Shown here piece after piece: positions 10,429 to 21,797 of a DNA stretch of 64,000 bases. Numbering within the stretch: position 1 is the stretch's first letter; each line of letters starts with the position of its first letter. Source of the stretch: Meyerozyma guilliermondii (Eukaryota); assembly GCA_051546255.1 (NCBI GenBank), contig CP128820.1, positions 186,001 through 250,000 of the forward strand. Reading direction: 5' to 3'. Below the pieces are notes generated by a model. The model did no database searches, had not been told where the DNA came from, and worked only from the letters and a program-made list of their open reading frames with translations. Made by a program: the position numbers and the translations under genes.

Positions 10429-12582
10429 CTATTTGTCTATGTGCAAGGGAGCCGGGATCTGTAATATTTCTCCGGAGTGTAGATGAACCATAATTTTGAT
10501 ATAGTAGAGTCTTGAAAGAAAGCATAGCTGGAATGATGGAACAAGGGTATAATTGTCAAAAAGTAGCTCTGAGTTCTCATTGTTGGAGCCCTTGAGTTTG
10601 GCTCTCTTCAAGTCTATATGAACATTGAACTTTTTAGAGTATGTCTCATACTCGGTTGACTCTGTGGGCTCTATTTGCCAGGTAATATCTTCGATAGATG
10701 TAACAAGTGATTTTTCGGTAGTCGAGGAAAAGTTGAGGTCGCTGATAACGAGAGTCTGGTACTTGGTGGAAAGAAAAGCCAACGACTTGAGATCATTGAA
10801 TAGTTTGGTTTCTACCTTGAAAACATCTGAGCCGAGATGTTTTAGGTGGTATGTGAGTTTTTGAAGATTCTTTTTGTTCGGTTGAATAACTATCCGGTCA
10901 AAATTGTCCACTACCTGCTTCAGATTCTTGACAACTTCCTTATCACGGAAGCACATTTCATGGTTGAACTCAACTGGAATGGGATATTTGTCAGACTTGA
11001 TGGTGAGTGCCGTCAACTCTGCGGTGATTGATTTAATTTTTGGCATTGAGGGTTGTTTCAACGAATTGATCCGGTAAAAGTAGGTAAGATCTATGGGTAT
11101 CGTCAATTGAGTTTCCTTGTCTTTCAACTCACCTTTCCGGTACTTTGGGGGTGGTATGTACGACGTCCTGTAGTCATGTTTGGGAGTTGATAATGAGATA
11201 AATCCAATATCCTTAGATGCGGTGAGTGATCTTTTCTTGATTGGAGAAATAAACTGGTAGTTTTGCTCCTGGAAAGATTTGGAGTCGCTGGTCGTTTTCT
11301 CGAATTTGGAGTTTATTTGGGTATAAAGCTGGTTCAACTTGATGCTTGATGATTCTCGGGAAGTTTGAGGTGAAAGCAGAAACTCTCGCCGTTCTCCCAT
11401 TGATGCAGTGGATAAATGTTCTGCTTCCTCCAATTTCTCACGGACGGTGCTTTCAAATGCTGCGTAAAAAATGCTGATTTCGTGGTTCATTGTCCTGGTA
11501 TTATAGATGTGCTCAAGTTTTGTGTTTGGGATTACCCTAATAGGACATATCGACTCTTTTGCAACCACGTAGTGGTCCTTCGAGTCCGACTTGCAGAAGT
11601 CTGAAGATCTGCCTATGACTCTTGCCTCAACAGTGTAGCTCAGACAAGCGTCAATGAAACACAAGTCTTTGATACTCGAGTCTCCAAGTTGAGTGGTATC
11701 TACCCTGCGTAGCTTGCCCAACGTCGGCGGCACTTGAGTGTGTAATGCCAACCCGTGGTACTCACAAATATCGTCTAGAAGAACCTCGGGAATTTTGAAT
11801 GTGAAATATCGCTTGTAAGTGACATTGGGCTGGAATAACCTCTTCGCATCAATTGACAAACGGGCGTTATCATAAGGGTCAGTTTCGTCGTCACACCAAT
11901 CATGTGGATCACCGTGGTCTGTTACCAAACGATCTATGTTGGCATATGACCATGAGGCAAACAAATCCAACATGTTAAGATATTTTTCCACTTTCAATGG
12001 CTTTCTAACGTCGATCATGCCACCCTTATTATCATAGATTGTGACGATGCCTTCAAACACTACGTATACCATATCAAACGGAATAGGGACACTCGAGTTG
12101 TTTTTTATCGTCACAAATCCATGGATATAGTCTCCCTGTTGGTACTCACGCTCATGAGGGTCTATAATAGACGGTTTCATACCCTTTTGAACTACGTCTT
12201 TCGTAACGAATATTTCCACCTGGAGGTCTTTCGAGATCAGACTCTTGGAATTCGTCAAGTTCTTGAGGCGGTGCACATTTGCAAGTATGGTGTTCTCCCA
12301 TATATCGATACAATCATCGTCAAACGTCTGCTCTTCTGGTGCTTCAATGAAAGGAAAACTATTTACATTCGTCAATTCGTTCACGGGTGACGGAAGCACT
12401 GAGAGAGCTGGAGTCGAGACATTGGAGTGAACTGGCGTCACTTCATATATCGGTGGGTCCGTTAAGTAGTCTTCTCTAGAGGTAGACAACGTTTTGGAGA
12501 TTGTACTTTGGAACATATGGTACGACGGAAGTATATTGTTGAGAAGCTTATCTGCATCGGACCCATCTTTTTCGTCCAGCAT
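10429..12582 (-). CDS. BUL1: Bul1-family arrestin-like Rsp5 adaptor (paralogue B, most Bul1-like)
   Basis: NILPSYHMF, PPIY, YQQGDYIHGFVTI, LNMLDLFASWSY, DPYDN, LVPSFQxCFLSRLYYIKI. Confidence 0.85.
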   Translation of the reverse strand: MLDEKDGSDADKLLNNILPSYHMFQSTISKTLSTSREDYLTDPPIYEVTPVHSNVSTPALSVLPSPVNELTNVNSFPFIEAPEEQTFDDDCIDIWENTILANVHRLKNLTNSKSLISKDLQVEIFVTKDVVQKGMKPSIIDPHEREYQQGDYIHGFVTIKNNSSVPIPFDMVYVVFEGIVTIYDNKGGMIDVRKPLKVEKYLNMLDLFASWSYANIDRLVTDHGDPHDWCDDETDPYDNARLSIDAKRLFQPNVTYKRYFTFKIPEVLLDDICEYHGLALHTQVPPTLGKLRRVDTTQLGDSSIKDLCFIDACLSYTVEARVIGRSSDFCKSDSKDHYVVAKESICPIRVIPNTKLEHIYNTRTMNHEISIFYAAFESTVREKLEEAEHLSTASMGERREFLLSPQTSRESSSIKLNQLYTQINSKFEKTTSDSKSFQEQNYQFISPIKKRSLTASKDIGFISLSTPKHDYRTSYIPPPKYRKGELKDKETQLTIPIDLTYFYRINSLKQPSMPKIKSITAELTALTIKSDKYPIPVEFNHEMCFRDKEVVKNLKQVVDNFDRIVIQPNKKNLQKLTYHLKHLGSDVFKVETKLFNDLKSLAFLSTKYQTLVISDLNFSSTTEKSLVTSIEDITWQIEPTESTEYETYSKKFNVHIDLKRAKLKGSNNENSELLFDNYTLVPSFQLCFLSRLYYIKIMVHLHSGEILQIPAPLHIDK

Positions 12583-12683
12583 TTATGAAAATAGATTGTA
12601 CTGGCCCAATTTAGTATTAGTGTAGATGAGGTAGCACTCGTTCTTTTGGAAAGATAACCCCAGAAAACGCACCCCATCACCAA

Positions 12684-12691
12684 CTCATCGC
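12684..12691. promoter_or_regulatory. PAC element upstream of CNS1
   Basis: CTCATCGC (reverse complement GCGATGAG) about 40 bp before the CNS1 ATG. Confidence 0.45.
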
Positions 12692-12731
12692 GCTCAATTC
12701 GTTAAATCGCACGCATCGAAGCTTCTCCACA

Positions 12732-13883
12732 ATGACAGAGCCTATATCTGAATGGGATAGACTTCGGTATGTTCCGAAGCCCGGGGAGCCCGCATTGCCT
12801 CCCCAGCTCTCTGAATATACAGAAAAGAGTACCGACGATGTGATAAAAGAGTTGAATCGACTCCCATTTTTCATGACCGAGTTGGATGAAACCGACGGGG
12901 AAGGTGGTGAAAACGCCAATTTGGAAGCTCTCAAGAGTCTTGCTTATGAGGGAGAGCCACACGAGATAGCTGGTAACTTTAAGAACCAGGGTAATGACTG
13001 TTATAAGGCGAAACAATACAAAAATGCCGAAATATACTACACAAAAGGTATTGATGTTGATTGCAATGACAACGCTTTGAACGCTGCACTTTACTTGAAT
13101 CGAGCAGCATGCAATCTTGAGCTCAAAAACTATCGTCGCTGTATAGAAGACTGCAAAAAAGTACTCATATTGGATGACAAGAACATCAAAGCATGTTTCC
13201 GGGCAGCTAAGGCGCTCTTCTTGGTAGAGCGTTATGACGAGTCAAAACAACTTTTGAACTATGGCCTCAGCATTGATTCCTCAAACACATCTTTGCTTCA
13301 GCTTTCACGCCAAGTCGACGAAAAGGTAAAGAAAATTGAAGAGGCGAAACAGCGCAAGGAAAAGGAGGAAAATGAACGCAAAATGAAGCAGTCCATTCTA
13401 GACAACTCCATCAAGTTGAGACACATACAAGTGGTTAAAAGCACCCGTCCGCCTGAACTTCTCGAGGAAGCCACAATACGCCTTGAAGACCCAACCGATT
13501 ATGAATCACAGCTTATATTTCCTGCTATGATTTTATATCCTACAATTGACGAGTTTGACTTTGTCGCCGAGATCAGTGAATTATCGACTCCATCTGAAAT
13601 TCTCAGCATTGTCTTCGATAGACCTAAAGAATGGTTTGAGGACCCCAAACACGCCGGCTTCAAACCTGAGAAAATGGTATGTTTTATGGAGACAATTTCA
13701 GGAGGACTTATCAAAATAGGCAAAAACGTTGCTATCAACACAGCTTTGATGGCAGACTCCCCGAAAGCACCACTTTTCGATAACGGTCTCCGCTTATATG
13801 TGGTTACAAAAGAAGCTTCGAAGCAGTGGATCTCCACTTGGGACAAACTGGTAGCCTTGGCGAAAAGACAGGTCGGCCAGTGA
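12732..13883 (+). CDS. CNS1: Hsp70/Hsp90 TPR co-chaperone Cns1
   Basis: LNRLPFFMT, LEALKSLAYEGEPHEIAGNFKNQGN, TPR repeats, wheel domain LIFPAMILYP. Confidence 0.93.
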   Translation: MTEPISEWDRLRYVPKPGEPALPPQLSEYTEKSTDDVIKELNRLPFFMTELDETDGEGGENANLEALKSLAYEGEPHEIAGNFKNQGNDCYKAKQYKNAEIYYTKGIDVDCNDNALNAALYLNRAACNLELKNYRRCIEDCKKVLILDDKNIKACFRAAKALFLVERYDESKQLLNYGLSIDSSNTSLLQLSRQVDEKVKKIEEAKQRKEKEENERKMKQSILDNSIKLRHIQVVKSTRPPELLEEATIRLEDPTDYESQLIFPAMILYPTIDEFDFVAEISELSTPSEILSIVFDRPKEWFEDPKHAGFKPEKMVCFMETISGGLIKIGKNVAINTALMADSPKAPLFDNGLRLYVVTKEASKQWISTWDKLVALAKRQVGQ

Positions 13884-13941
13884 AAATTTATAGACAACTA
13901 CAGCATACAATAATGTAACCATAATATGAATAATGTATTAA

Positions 13942-16647
13942 TTAGCCATTGGGTGAAGGTCGGGCCCTATGTCTAGATGCTTGACTATCAAACACTTCTT
14001 CAATTCTTAGCTTGGGAATCTCTCCAAAGATAGTTACAGGATCAATATCGACTGACTGTTGAACAAGTTTGAGTAATTGTGGACTCTCAGCCCATGGCGA
14101 GAGAACGGGATGTTTTCCGTTGTCTTCATCATCGGTGTTAATTGCGGGCAAAGATCCTGGAGAGTATTGGCGTTTGGCTGGCGTTCTATAAGGATCGACA
14201 GAAACTTCTGAATGTGTCTGTACAGAATCGAAATCAGCAGGGGGACGAACTCTTGAGGGTGTTTTGCTTTCCTTGACGGTCTTCCTTCGTTTCACGGTGT
14301 TTTCGTTACGATGGAATCTTCCTCTAGCGGCATCAGGCAAGGGTACTGCATTGCCAGTTCCTTTTGGAAATGTTGACTCTCTCTCCTTTCTTTCAGTCGT
14401 CTGCCTTCTCAATGTTTCCCTCTTTACAGATGCAACCTTTCCAAATGTGTCTCTTCCATTTGCAATATTAGTTCGGTCAATAGGTTTAGTTTCTGTGCTT
14501 CTTCTAATCTTCCGATGTTCTGATTCCGACGTTACTGCTTCACTTGTATGTCTTGTCTCTTCTTTAACGAGCCGATCTCCTGGAGTTTTCTGAAGTTGTA
14601 AAGGAGGAGGTATAGCTGGAACCTTATGAACTTTATGGTTCATCCCAATCTTGATTTTTTGTTTGGGGCGCAAGGCAGCAGCTTCACTTCGTTCCGCCAT
14701 GATTGATTTTTTCTTAGTCGAATTAAAGCTGAATGCTTCTCTACCGTCCGCACGCACGTCTGCTTTTATCTTCATTTCAGCATTCTTGTTCTCATTCGGA
14801 AGCGATGGGGCCACCTTAGTTGGAGAAACGATAGGTTTTGCCTCACTTTCATCCTTCGAAGGAGCGAGATCAGCACGCTTTTTCATAGGCAGAATACCTA
14901 GTGTGTTAATTGCAGCACTGAGAGACCTCGAAATTGCTTTCCCTATATAGCCGCTCGTAGTAGGCAACTCTTTGCTTTCAATGTGTTTCGGCCTCTCTGG
15001 TGACGGCTCCCTCGAACGCTTTAGAGGTATCCGGGCGTCTGATAGCGCACTATTTGCTCCTCTCATTTTTGCAATCTGCAATTGACGTATGGGAGAACGC
15101 CCTCTCGTTATAGTATTTCTAGGTGAGCGGCTCGCTCTAGCAGAAGTAGCCAAAATAGGTGCTTCAGGTTTCGTAGTAGATTGCCGGATATGCTCAGAAT
15201 GTGAATTAGCAGGAGGTAGGTCCGGCGTGGTTGTTCCCTTCATAAACACGTTTCGTGAACGATGAACAAAATCCCCAATTGAAGAAAAGATCGGTGATCG
15301 ATTTCGCCGAGGTTCCTTTGCAACAGGGTTTAAGGTCAAGGGCTGTTCTTGATCTTTAGCTATTGCCGAGATTCTATCGTACGTTTTTAACCCATTCGCT
15401 GAGACACTGTTGTGTTGATCAGCGGTTTTGCTCGCTTCTGGGAATAAAGGTGCCAGACTTCCGTTGTCAGTCTTGGCTACGTTACGAACGTCCCTGACAA
15501 CAGGACTATTTTCAGCACCAGAGAGTGCGCCATCACCTTGAATGGGTGAGGCTTTCTTGGTCTCCGTCGTGCCATTCGTCGATACATTATCCAAGGGTAA
15601 CGGTCGAATCGAAGTCCTCCTCTGTAGACTTTTACGGATGGAGTGAGTACTCAATCGAGGAATTGAATCTGTATTGGGCAGAATTTTGAGCGCAGTCGGC
15701 TGACCAGCAGCCGGTGTGATGGAACCTTTCTTGGCTTCAAGATCTAGCCTTTCAAGTTTTCTTGGAGATCTGGCACGATTCGATGCATCACCTGCCGAGT
15801 TGGAAGATATTGTGAACGGTTCTTTTGATGGTAGAGAGACAAAAACCGAAGATCGTTTGGGTGTCTTGTAGGATAAGTTAGCTCTCAGTAGTGGAGGGAT
15901 GCGTGGTTCAGCGCCGTTAGAAGCAGCAGAAAAAGGTCTCACGGGCGACTGGTGTGCCAGGTATACTGATTTTGGTTTTGTATTCTCGGTAGCATGCCGT
16001 TTGGTTTCAGCTCTATCGTCGTCAGAATTACTGGCTAGCTTCCCAGCAATGCTCTTGCGAATTGCTGTACTGATAGCCTGAAACGAGTCTTCAGCACCAG
16101 ACGATCGGTTGTGGTTTTGACTAGCGATGGCTTCAGATGCTGGTATGAATGAAAGGTCAGATTTCAGCGGAGGTTTAGGTTCTGGTGCGACTTTGAGTGG
16201 TTGTCGAGACTCATTTATCTTCGGTTTCAATGGCGATGGGGTGTGAGTTATGGAGCCTTTAAACCAGTTTTTGAGCATTGGAGAAGAGTGCAATGATTCA
16301 GGGGCGGTGGTAGATCTCGAAGTTGCATCGGTCTTTCTTCGTGGAGTTACGTGGTTGACAAAACGAGTAGGCGAGTTAGATACGGCTTCCTCTTCTATAT
16401 CGCGCAAGAAATCCTGCTTCTTCTGCGATGTGTGAGCGTATTTCTTGTCGTAGATCTCGCCCACGCGAGCCATAAAGTCATTTACATGATCAATTCCTGA
16501 TTTGAATTCCAGAACAAAATGGCCCGTTTCATTGACGATGGTCAGATCGATGACATTTAGCTCGTTGGCCACCCAGCGTGAGGTTCCGGGCACGAGCTCC
16601 CTCCCAGAACGCTTGGCAGCTGTAAGCGACCAGAAGGACTCGCTCAT
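13942..16647 (-). CDS. SLI15: INCENP / chromosomal passenger protein Sli15
   Basis: C-terminal IN-box (SPWAESPQL...DIDPVTIFGEIPKLRIEEVF); N-terminal W...AAKR...PGTSRW block; many S/T-P sites; first ATG at 16647. Confidence 0.8.
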   Translation of the reverse strand: MSESFWSLTAAKRSGRELVPGTSRWVANELNVIDLTIVNETGHFVLEFKSGIDHVNDFMARVGEIYDKKYAHTSQKKQDFLRDIEEEAVSNSPTRFVNHVTPRRKTDATSRSTTAPESLHSSPMLKNWFKGSITHTPSPLKPKINESRQPLKVAPEPKPPLKSDLSFIPASEAIASQNHNRSSGAEDSFQAISTAIRKSIAGKLASNSDDDRAETKRHATENTKPKSVYLAHQSPVRPFSAASNGAEPRIPPLLRANLSYKTPKRSSVFVSLPSKEPFTISSNSAGDASNRARSPRKLERLDLEAKKGSITPAAGQPTALKILPNTDSIPRLSTHSIRKSLQRRTSIRPLPLDNVSTNGTTETKKASPIQGDGALSGAENSPVVRDVRNVAKTDNGSLAPLFPEASKTADQHNSVSANGLKTYDRISAIAKDQEQPLTLNPVAKEPRRNRSPIFSSIGDFVHRSRNVFMKGTTTPDLPPANSHSEHIRQSTTKPEAPILATSARASRSPRNTITRGRSPIRQLQIAKMRGANSALSDARIPLKRSREPSPERPKHIESKELPTTSGYIGKAISRSLSAAINTLGILPMKKRADLAPSKDESEAKPIVSPTKVAPSLPNENKNAEMKIKADVRADGREAFSFNSTKKKSIMAERSEAAALRPKQKIKIGMNHKVHKVPAIPPPLQLQKTPGDRLVKEETRHTSEAVTSESEHRKIRRSTETKPIDRTNIANGRDTFGKVASVKRETLRRQTTERKERESTFPKGTGNAVPLPDAARGRFHRNENTVKRRKTVKESKTPSRVRPPADFDSVQTHSEVSVDPYRTPAKRQYSPGSLPAINTDDEDNGKHPVLSPWAESPQLLKLVQQSVDIDPVTIFGEIPKLRIEEVFDSQASRHRARPSPNG

Positions 16648-17142
16648 GGAGTATGGCGACGGAGCTGAGTGATGAGGTCTCACTACCGCGTTCGGATCCA
16701 AATAGGTGGTGTGGGTGCATTGGATGTTTTCACCGACAGTGGAGAGAAGAGATCAATTGGTGTAAATATCAGAAATATGGAAGAAATGGGAAACAGGAAA
16801 AACTAAGTAGATCCAGAAAAATCCAAACAAGCCCTAGAACTTCGGATTTGACTCCCGCTGGGATTTTCGGACTTTTCCATTCTTTCCCTTTTGGACCTAA
16901 AAAATATCGGCCCCATATGCAAGCGCGGTGCGGCTGGGTGGGCGGCGATGGGCCTTGTCGCATCTCGGAACCCCATTGAGGGACTGTTATTGGTTGCCAC
17001 GTTGGAAGGTGATCGAACTGTGCAACCATACAAATTCTGTCAATCCACACACCATCAGCGAAATTATCGTCTATTTCGAATCTTGTAAAAAACACCTTCA
17101 ACCATCCACTGATATTAGTTGCTCCACCATTGAGCCCTATTG

Positions 17143-19431
17143 ATGAAGCTCTTCAATAAAGGGACCAAACAAGATGAAAGACAAAAAAAGGTGACAAATT
17201 ACCCCAGTTCCACCGCGGGGAGTACATCCGCCAGCACATCCGCCAGCACATCCGCCAGCACATCTGGAAGTGTCCCCGCAGAAACTCCGCCTGCCGAAAC
17301 TTTAAATGTTGCTATGGAACAATTAAATCTCGATCCGTTTGTATCGCCAAGACATGAAGAAGTGCCCATGTGGAATATTCTTCCGTCTTATCAGTTGTAC
17401 GAGGCAACGTTCTCGAAGAGTATTCACCCCAATAGTGAAGATCTTCGATATGAACCTCCTGCTTATCAGCTGGATAGAGAACCTGCTCCTACTCAAGATG
17501 GCTATTTTCCGCCCGTGGAGCAAGCTCGAGGTGAACCGATGCAAACATGGGAGAATAGTATTCTTGCCAATACCCATCGTATGAAAAAGTTGTCTGATAT
17601 AGACAACAAAGTTGCTAACCACCTCCACGTGGAGATCTACGTCACTGAAAAACCAGGAAAACTCGGAGTGAAGCCCAGCATTATTGATCCCCTGGTGTGG
17701 GAGTTTCAGCAGGGCGACAACGTCAATGGGTTTCTTACAGTTACAAACACTTCTGATAGAAAATTACCTTTCGATGCCTTGTCTGTGGTTTTGGAAGGAA
17801 GAGTGATGGTCACCAGCGACAGCGTTGAGTCGAAAGAGCCTTCGGTGTTTTACAAGTTTTTGAACATGTTTGATTATTCGGCTTCGTGGACTCCAACAAT
17901 CTTGGTTTCTGACTTTGACCTGAATGTGGATCCAGTAGACAATACTGAATTGATGTTCCCCATGAAACGATACTTCACTCCGGGAATCACCTACAAGCGG
18001 TTTTTCAACTTTTGCATCCCAGATAAGCTTCTTGATTGTGCCTGCGAAACCCATAACTTAGCCACCCATTGCGAGCCACCGCCCACTATAGGACTCGCCA
18101 GAGACCAGTTCTTGAAAAATTTGCGTAAATTGAGAGGCAGACCTGCCACTCCCACTCATCTGCGTAGCACGTCAGATTTCACCATAGGCGGAACACCACC
18201 TTCCCATAGTAAAAAGACCTCTCCTATGGCCGGTTCACTGGCCAAGATGAGAGATTTCTCTTTTGCAGATACCTCGATCAGTTACTCCGTCGAAGTTCGT
18301 GTCGTTGGTCAGGCGCAAGAGTATGCGAAGGAGTTGGCCAAAAGCAAGACACAGGTGAGAGGTGACGAGTTTATACTTTTGAACGAGACCAGTTGCTTTC
18401 TTCGGGTGATACCACGAGAAAGATTGACTCACGAATTTGGTGCCGAAGCCGTGGAAAGTGAAGCGAGAACAATCTACCTGAGCTTTTTGAACACTATCAA
18501 GCGCAAGGTTGAGTTGGGTAATGATCTTTTGTCCGAGAAGACAGAGGAGACTCGAGTGAATTTGGGACATGCTCCGTCTTTGACAAAAAACAAGCAGTTG
18601 TTCAATGTGACGGGAGACCGCCGTAAGCTTCGTCGTCAAGACTCCAATGGAGTGTACCAAGTTTTTGTGCCCTACAAGAAAAAGACTTTGGTAGCCCCTC
18701 CCAAAGTTATAGGTTTAATTGGTGCTGCCGTACCGAAAAACCGTTATCGAATCAAGTATATTCAGCCATGGAAGTTCCGCTCACAAGAAGATCGAGATCT
18801 TCAATCTACGTTGGAATTGCCTGTGGAACTTCGTTTTCTTCCTAGCGAAGGATCTGCAAAGGGCGTTCTTCCTCCCGATATCAAAAGCGTTTCTGTGGAT
18901 ATTGTTGCATGCACTTATAGATCCAAAAAGTATCCCATTCCCATTGAGGTTTATCATGATTTGGTATTCAAAAATAAACCAAGTGAACAAGACAACATGG
19001 AGTCGCACTTGATCAAACCATGTAAAAAGTACCTTGACGAGCTCGTTTTGTTGACAAAGAATTTGAGTTACGATGTTCTCGATATTGACAGGAGTATGAT
19101 CATGGATGTGAAGTCGATTGCCAAATTGAATGTCAAGTACACTACATTAAAGGTGGACAATGTCAAAGTCAAGCCTAAGCAAGGTGTCAGCACCCATTGG
19201 GAGGCTGAAGAAGCATCGTTTTCTCACAAGATGACGTTGAATATTTCCTTCAGCAAATTGCTGTCAAAAGACTCTAGTGGCTCATACGAAGATTTGACTC
19301 AGGAACCAATTGTATTGGTTCCAAGTTTCCAAAGTTGCATTATTGGACGGCTCTACTACTTGAAAATCAATGCAAAGCTACAGAATGGAGAACCGATAAC
19401 ACTAAAAGTCCCAGTTACTATAGAAAGGTAA
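17143..19431 (+). CDS. Bul1-family arrestin-like Rsp5 adaptor (paralogue C)
   Basis: NILPSYQLY, PPAY, WENSILAN, FQQGDNVNGFLTV, FLNMFDYSASW, LVPSFQSCIIGRLYYLKI. Confidence 0.85.
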   Translation: MKLFNKGTKQDERQKKVTNYPSSTAGSTSASTSASTSASTSGSVPAETPPAETLNVAMEQLNLDPFVSPRHEEVPMWNILPSYQLYEATFSKSIHPNSEDLRYEPPAYQLDREPAPTQDGYFPPVEQARGEPMQTWENSILANTHRMKKLSDIDNKVANHLHVEIYVTEKPGKLGVKPSIIDPLVWEFQQGDNVNGFLTVTNTSDRKLPFDALSVVLEGRVMVTSDSVESKEPSVFYKFLNMFDYSASWTPTILVSDFDLNVDPVDNTELMFPMKRYFTPGITYKRFFNFCIPDKLLDCACETHNLATHCEPPPTIGLARDQFLKNLRKLRGRPATPTHLRSTSDFTIGGTPPSHSKKTSPMAGSLAKMRDFSFADTSISYSVEVRVVGQAQEYAKELAKSKTQVRGDEFILLNETSCFLRVIPRERLTHEFGAEAVESEARTIYLSFLNTIKRKVELGNDLLSEKTEETRVNLGHAPSLTKNKQLFNVTGDRRKLRRQDSNGVYQVFVPYKKKTLVAPPKVIGLIGAAVPKNRYRIKYIQPWKFRSQEDRDLQSTLELPVELRFLPSEGSAKGVLPPDIKSVSVDIVACTYRSKKYPIPIEVYHDLVFKNKPSEQDNMESHLIKPCKKYLDELVLLTKNLSYDVLDIDRSMIMDVKSIAKLNVKYTTLKVDNVKVKPKQGVSTHWEAEEASFSHKMTLNISFSKLLSKDSSGSYEDLTQEPIVLVPSFQSCIIGRLYYLKINAKLQNGEPITLKVPVTIER
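17224..17264 (+). repeat. 12-bp coding tandem repeat (ACATCCGCCAGC)x3.4 encoding TSAS
   Basis: Three perfect units plus a partial unit, read directly. Confidence 0.9.
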
Positions 19432-19532
19432 GTAGGTAAATGTTATAGAACCTCGTGCTACCCCAGATTTCGATTATGTCATCGGGCGTGTCACTAGATT
19501 GTCATTCTCATTCTCTAATTGTTATCAAAGGT

Positions 19533-20393
19533 ATGCCTGATTGTAGTGTTTACGAGGGAGCTTCAACAGCGAACTTTGTGTTCCTGGTGCTTATAACTAT
19601 AGGTATATTTGTGAGTTATTTACCACAGTACCATCGTATATACGTCAAACGTACTTCCGAGGGATTGTCAAGAAATTTCTTACTTTTGGGAAGTTGTTCT
19701 TCGTTATTTACGTTAACAAATATCATTTTAGTCAGCTCGAGAGCCAGGCAGTGTTGCTACTCTGGCAAGTTGAGCCCATTTAACTGTGTTAATGCCCAAT
19801 TGAACATGATACAAATCGGTGTTCAATGTGTGAGTGCCATTCTTATCTTGGTATTCGTGCTTGTTTTAACCCGTTCATCTGTCAAACAAGACAAGGTTGA
19901 ATATTCGAAGATAGTTCAGGTGGGCAAGTATGTGGCCTTACATGCTACAGTGTCGCTCTTTCAAATTGTGTTCGCTTTTTTGGGCAGTTCAAAGGTCCTC
20001 TATGGTATCGCCAACATCAATGGACTCCTCTCCACACTTTTGACAATTGTCAAGTACGTACCACAAATCCACACCACATACAAGTTGAAGCACCCAGGAA
20101 CTCTCTCCATTGGTATGATGTGTATTCAAACTCCAGGTGGTGTTCTCTTTACTATTACTCTCATGTTGACTAAAGGTTCGCATTGGAGCTCATGGATCTC
20201 CTATATGGTGGCAGCTATACTACAGGGAACGTTGTTGGGGTTGTGTTTCTACTATGAGTACTACAAAAACCATGGTTTGACGGCAGAACTTGGCGAGAGA
20301 CGGGCTATCGATAGAATAGTTGACGAAAACGTAGGGGACACATCAAGGCAAAATGAACCCTCAGATGACCCTACTAGCTCATTGCTCCATTAG
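19533..20393 (+). CDS. PQ-loop membrane transporter
   Basis: SYLPQ...RTSEGLS and KYVPQI...PGTLSI PQ-loop repeats, several hydrophobic segments, C-terminal dileucine (SSLLH). Confidence 0.85.
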   Translation: MPDCSVYEGASTANFVFLVLITIGIFVSYLPQYHRIYVKRTSEGLSRNFLLLGSCSSLFTLTNIILVSSRARQCCYSGKLSPFNCVNAQLNMIQIGVQCVSAILILVFVLVLTRSSVKQDKVEYSKIVQVGKYVALHATVSLFQIVFAFLGSSKVLYGIANINGLLSTLLTIVKYVPQIHTTYKLKHPGTLSIGMMCIQTPGGVLFTITLMLTKGSHWSSWISYMVAAILQGTLLGLCFYYEYYKNHGLTAELGERRAIDRIVDENVGDTSRQNEPSDDPTSSLLH

Positions 20394-20516
20394 AAAAGCT
20401 CAATCGTCCACAAACCAGAAATGTTTCACTTCTCCGTTTGGTAAGGGAATATGGCGTTCCTGCATGTTGCCCTACCCTATCAAATTTTTTCATGAATTTT
20501 TCATCAACGCAACACT

Positions 20517-21797
20517 ATGTTCAAGAACTTGGCTGGATCATTCCGCGCTGTCAGCCGTGTCGCTTTCAAAACACGCCCATCCCTTGTTCGTTCGTATGCA
20601 GCCTTCGACCGTTCGAAGCCTCATGTCAACATTGGAACCATTGGTCACGTTGATCATGGTAAGACCACTTTGACCGCTGCTATCACCAAGGTTTTGTCGG
20701 AAAAAGGAGGTGCTAATTTCTTGGATTACGGCTCCATCGACAGAGCTCCAGAAGAGAGAGCCAGAGGTATCACCATTTCCACTGCCCATGTTGAGTACCA
20801 AACTGATAAGAGACATTATGCCCACGTTGACTGTCCAGGTCACGCCGATTACATTAAGAATATGATTACTGGTGCCGCCCAGATGGACGGTGCCATTATT
20901 GTTGTTGCTGCCACTGACGGTCAAATGCCTCAGACCAGAGAGCACTTGTTGTTGGCCAGACAAGTTGGTGTGCAACACTTGGTAGTTTTTGTGAACAAGG
21001 TGGACACCATTGACGATCCCGAGATGTTGGAATTGGTCGAGATGGAAATGAGAGAATTGTTGAGTCAGTACGGTTTCGATGGTGACAACACCCCAGTTAT
21101 CATGGGATCTGCTTTGTGTGCTTTGGAAAGTAAGCAGCCAGAAATTGGTGTGCAAGCCATTGAAAAATTGTTGGACGCTGTCGATGAGCACATTCCTACT
21201 CCTACCCGTGACTTGGAACAGCCATTCTTGTTGCCTGTTGAAGATGTGTTCTCCATTTCTGGTAGAGGAACTGTGGTTACTGGTAGAGTCGAAAGAGGTT
21301 CGTTGAAGAAGGGTGAGGAAATCGAGATTGTTGGTGACTTTGACAAGCCATTCAAGACCACTGTGACTGGAATTGAAATGTTCAAGAAGGAATTGGATGC
21401 TGCTATGGCTGGTGACAATGCTGGTATCTTGTTGAGAGGTGTCAAGAGAGACGATGTCAAGAGAGGTATGGTTTTGGCCAAGCCTTCCACCGTCACTTCT
21501 CACAAGAAGGTGTTGGCTTCCTTGTACATCTTGAGTAAGGAAGAAGGTGGCCGTCACTCTCCTTTTGGTGAGAACTACAAGCCTCAATTGTTCATCAGAA
21601 CTACTGACGTTACCGGTACTTTAAGATTCCCAGCCGGCGAGGGTGTCGACCACTCGCAAATGGTTATGCCAGGTGACAATGTTGAGATGGAAATTGAGCT
21701 TGTGAGAAAGACACCACTTGAAGTCAACCAGCGTTTCAACATCAGAGAGGGTGGTAAGACTGTGGGTACTGGTTTGGTGACCAGAATCATCGAGTAA
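20517..21797 (+). CDS. TUF1: Mitochondrial elongation factor Tu
   Basis: [22 protein letters not shown]; basic presequence. Confidence 0.98.
   Translation: MFKNLAGSFRAVSRVAFKTRPSLVRSYAAFDRSKPHVNIGTIGHVDHGKTTLTAAITKVLSEKGGANFLDYGSIDRAPEERARGITISTAHVEYQTDKRHYAHVDCPGHADYIKNMITGAAQMDGAIIVVAATDGQMPQTREHLLLARQVGVQHLVVFVNKVDTIDDPEMLELVEMEMRELLSQYGFDGDNTPVIMGSALCALESKQPEIGVQAIEKLLDAVDEHIPTPTRDLEQPFLLPVEDVFSISGRGTVVTGRVERGSLKKGEEIEIVGDFDKPFKTTVTGIEMFKKELDAAMAGDNAGILLRGVKRDDVKRGMVLAKPSTVTSHKKVLASLYILSKEEGGRHSPFGENYKPQLFIRTTDVTGTLRFPAGEGVDHSQMVMPGDNVEMEIELVRKTPLEVNQRFNIREGGKTVGTGLVTRIIE

Noticed and set aside
20538..21587. 349-aa antisense ORF over TUF1, and similar shadow ORFs over RPL13, RPS16, SNF7, SED5 and MSB1
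   Set aside because: Expected by-product of codon bias or repeats on the coding strand; no recognisable domain.
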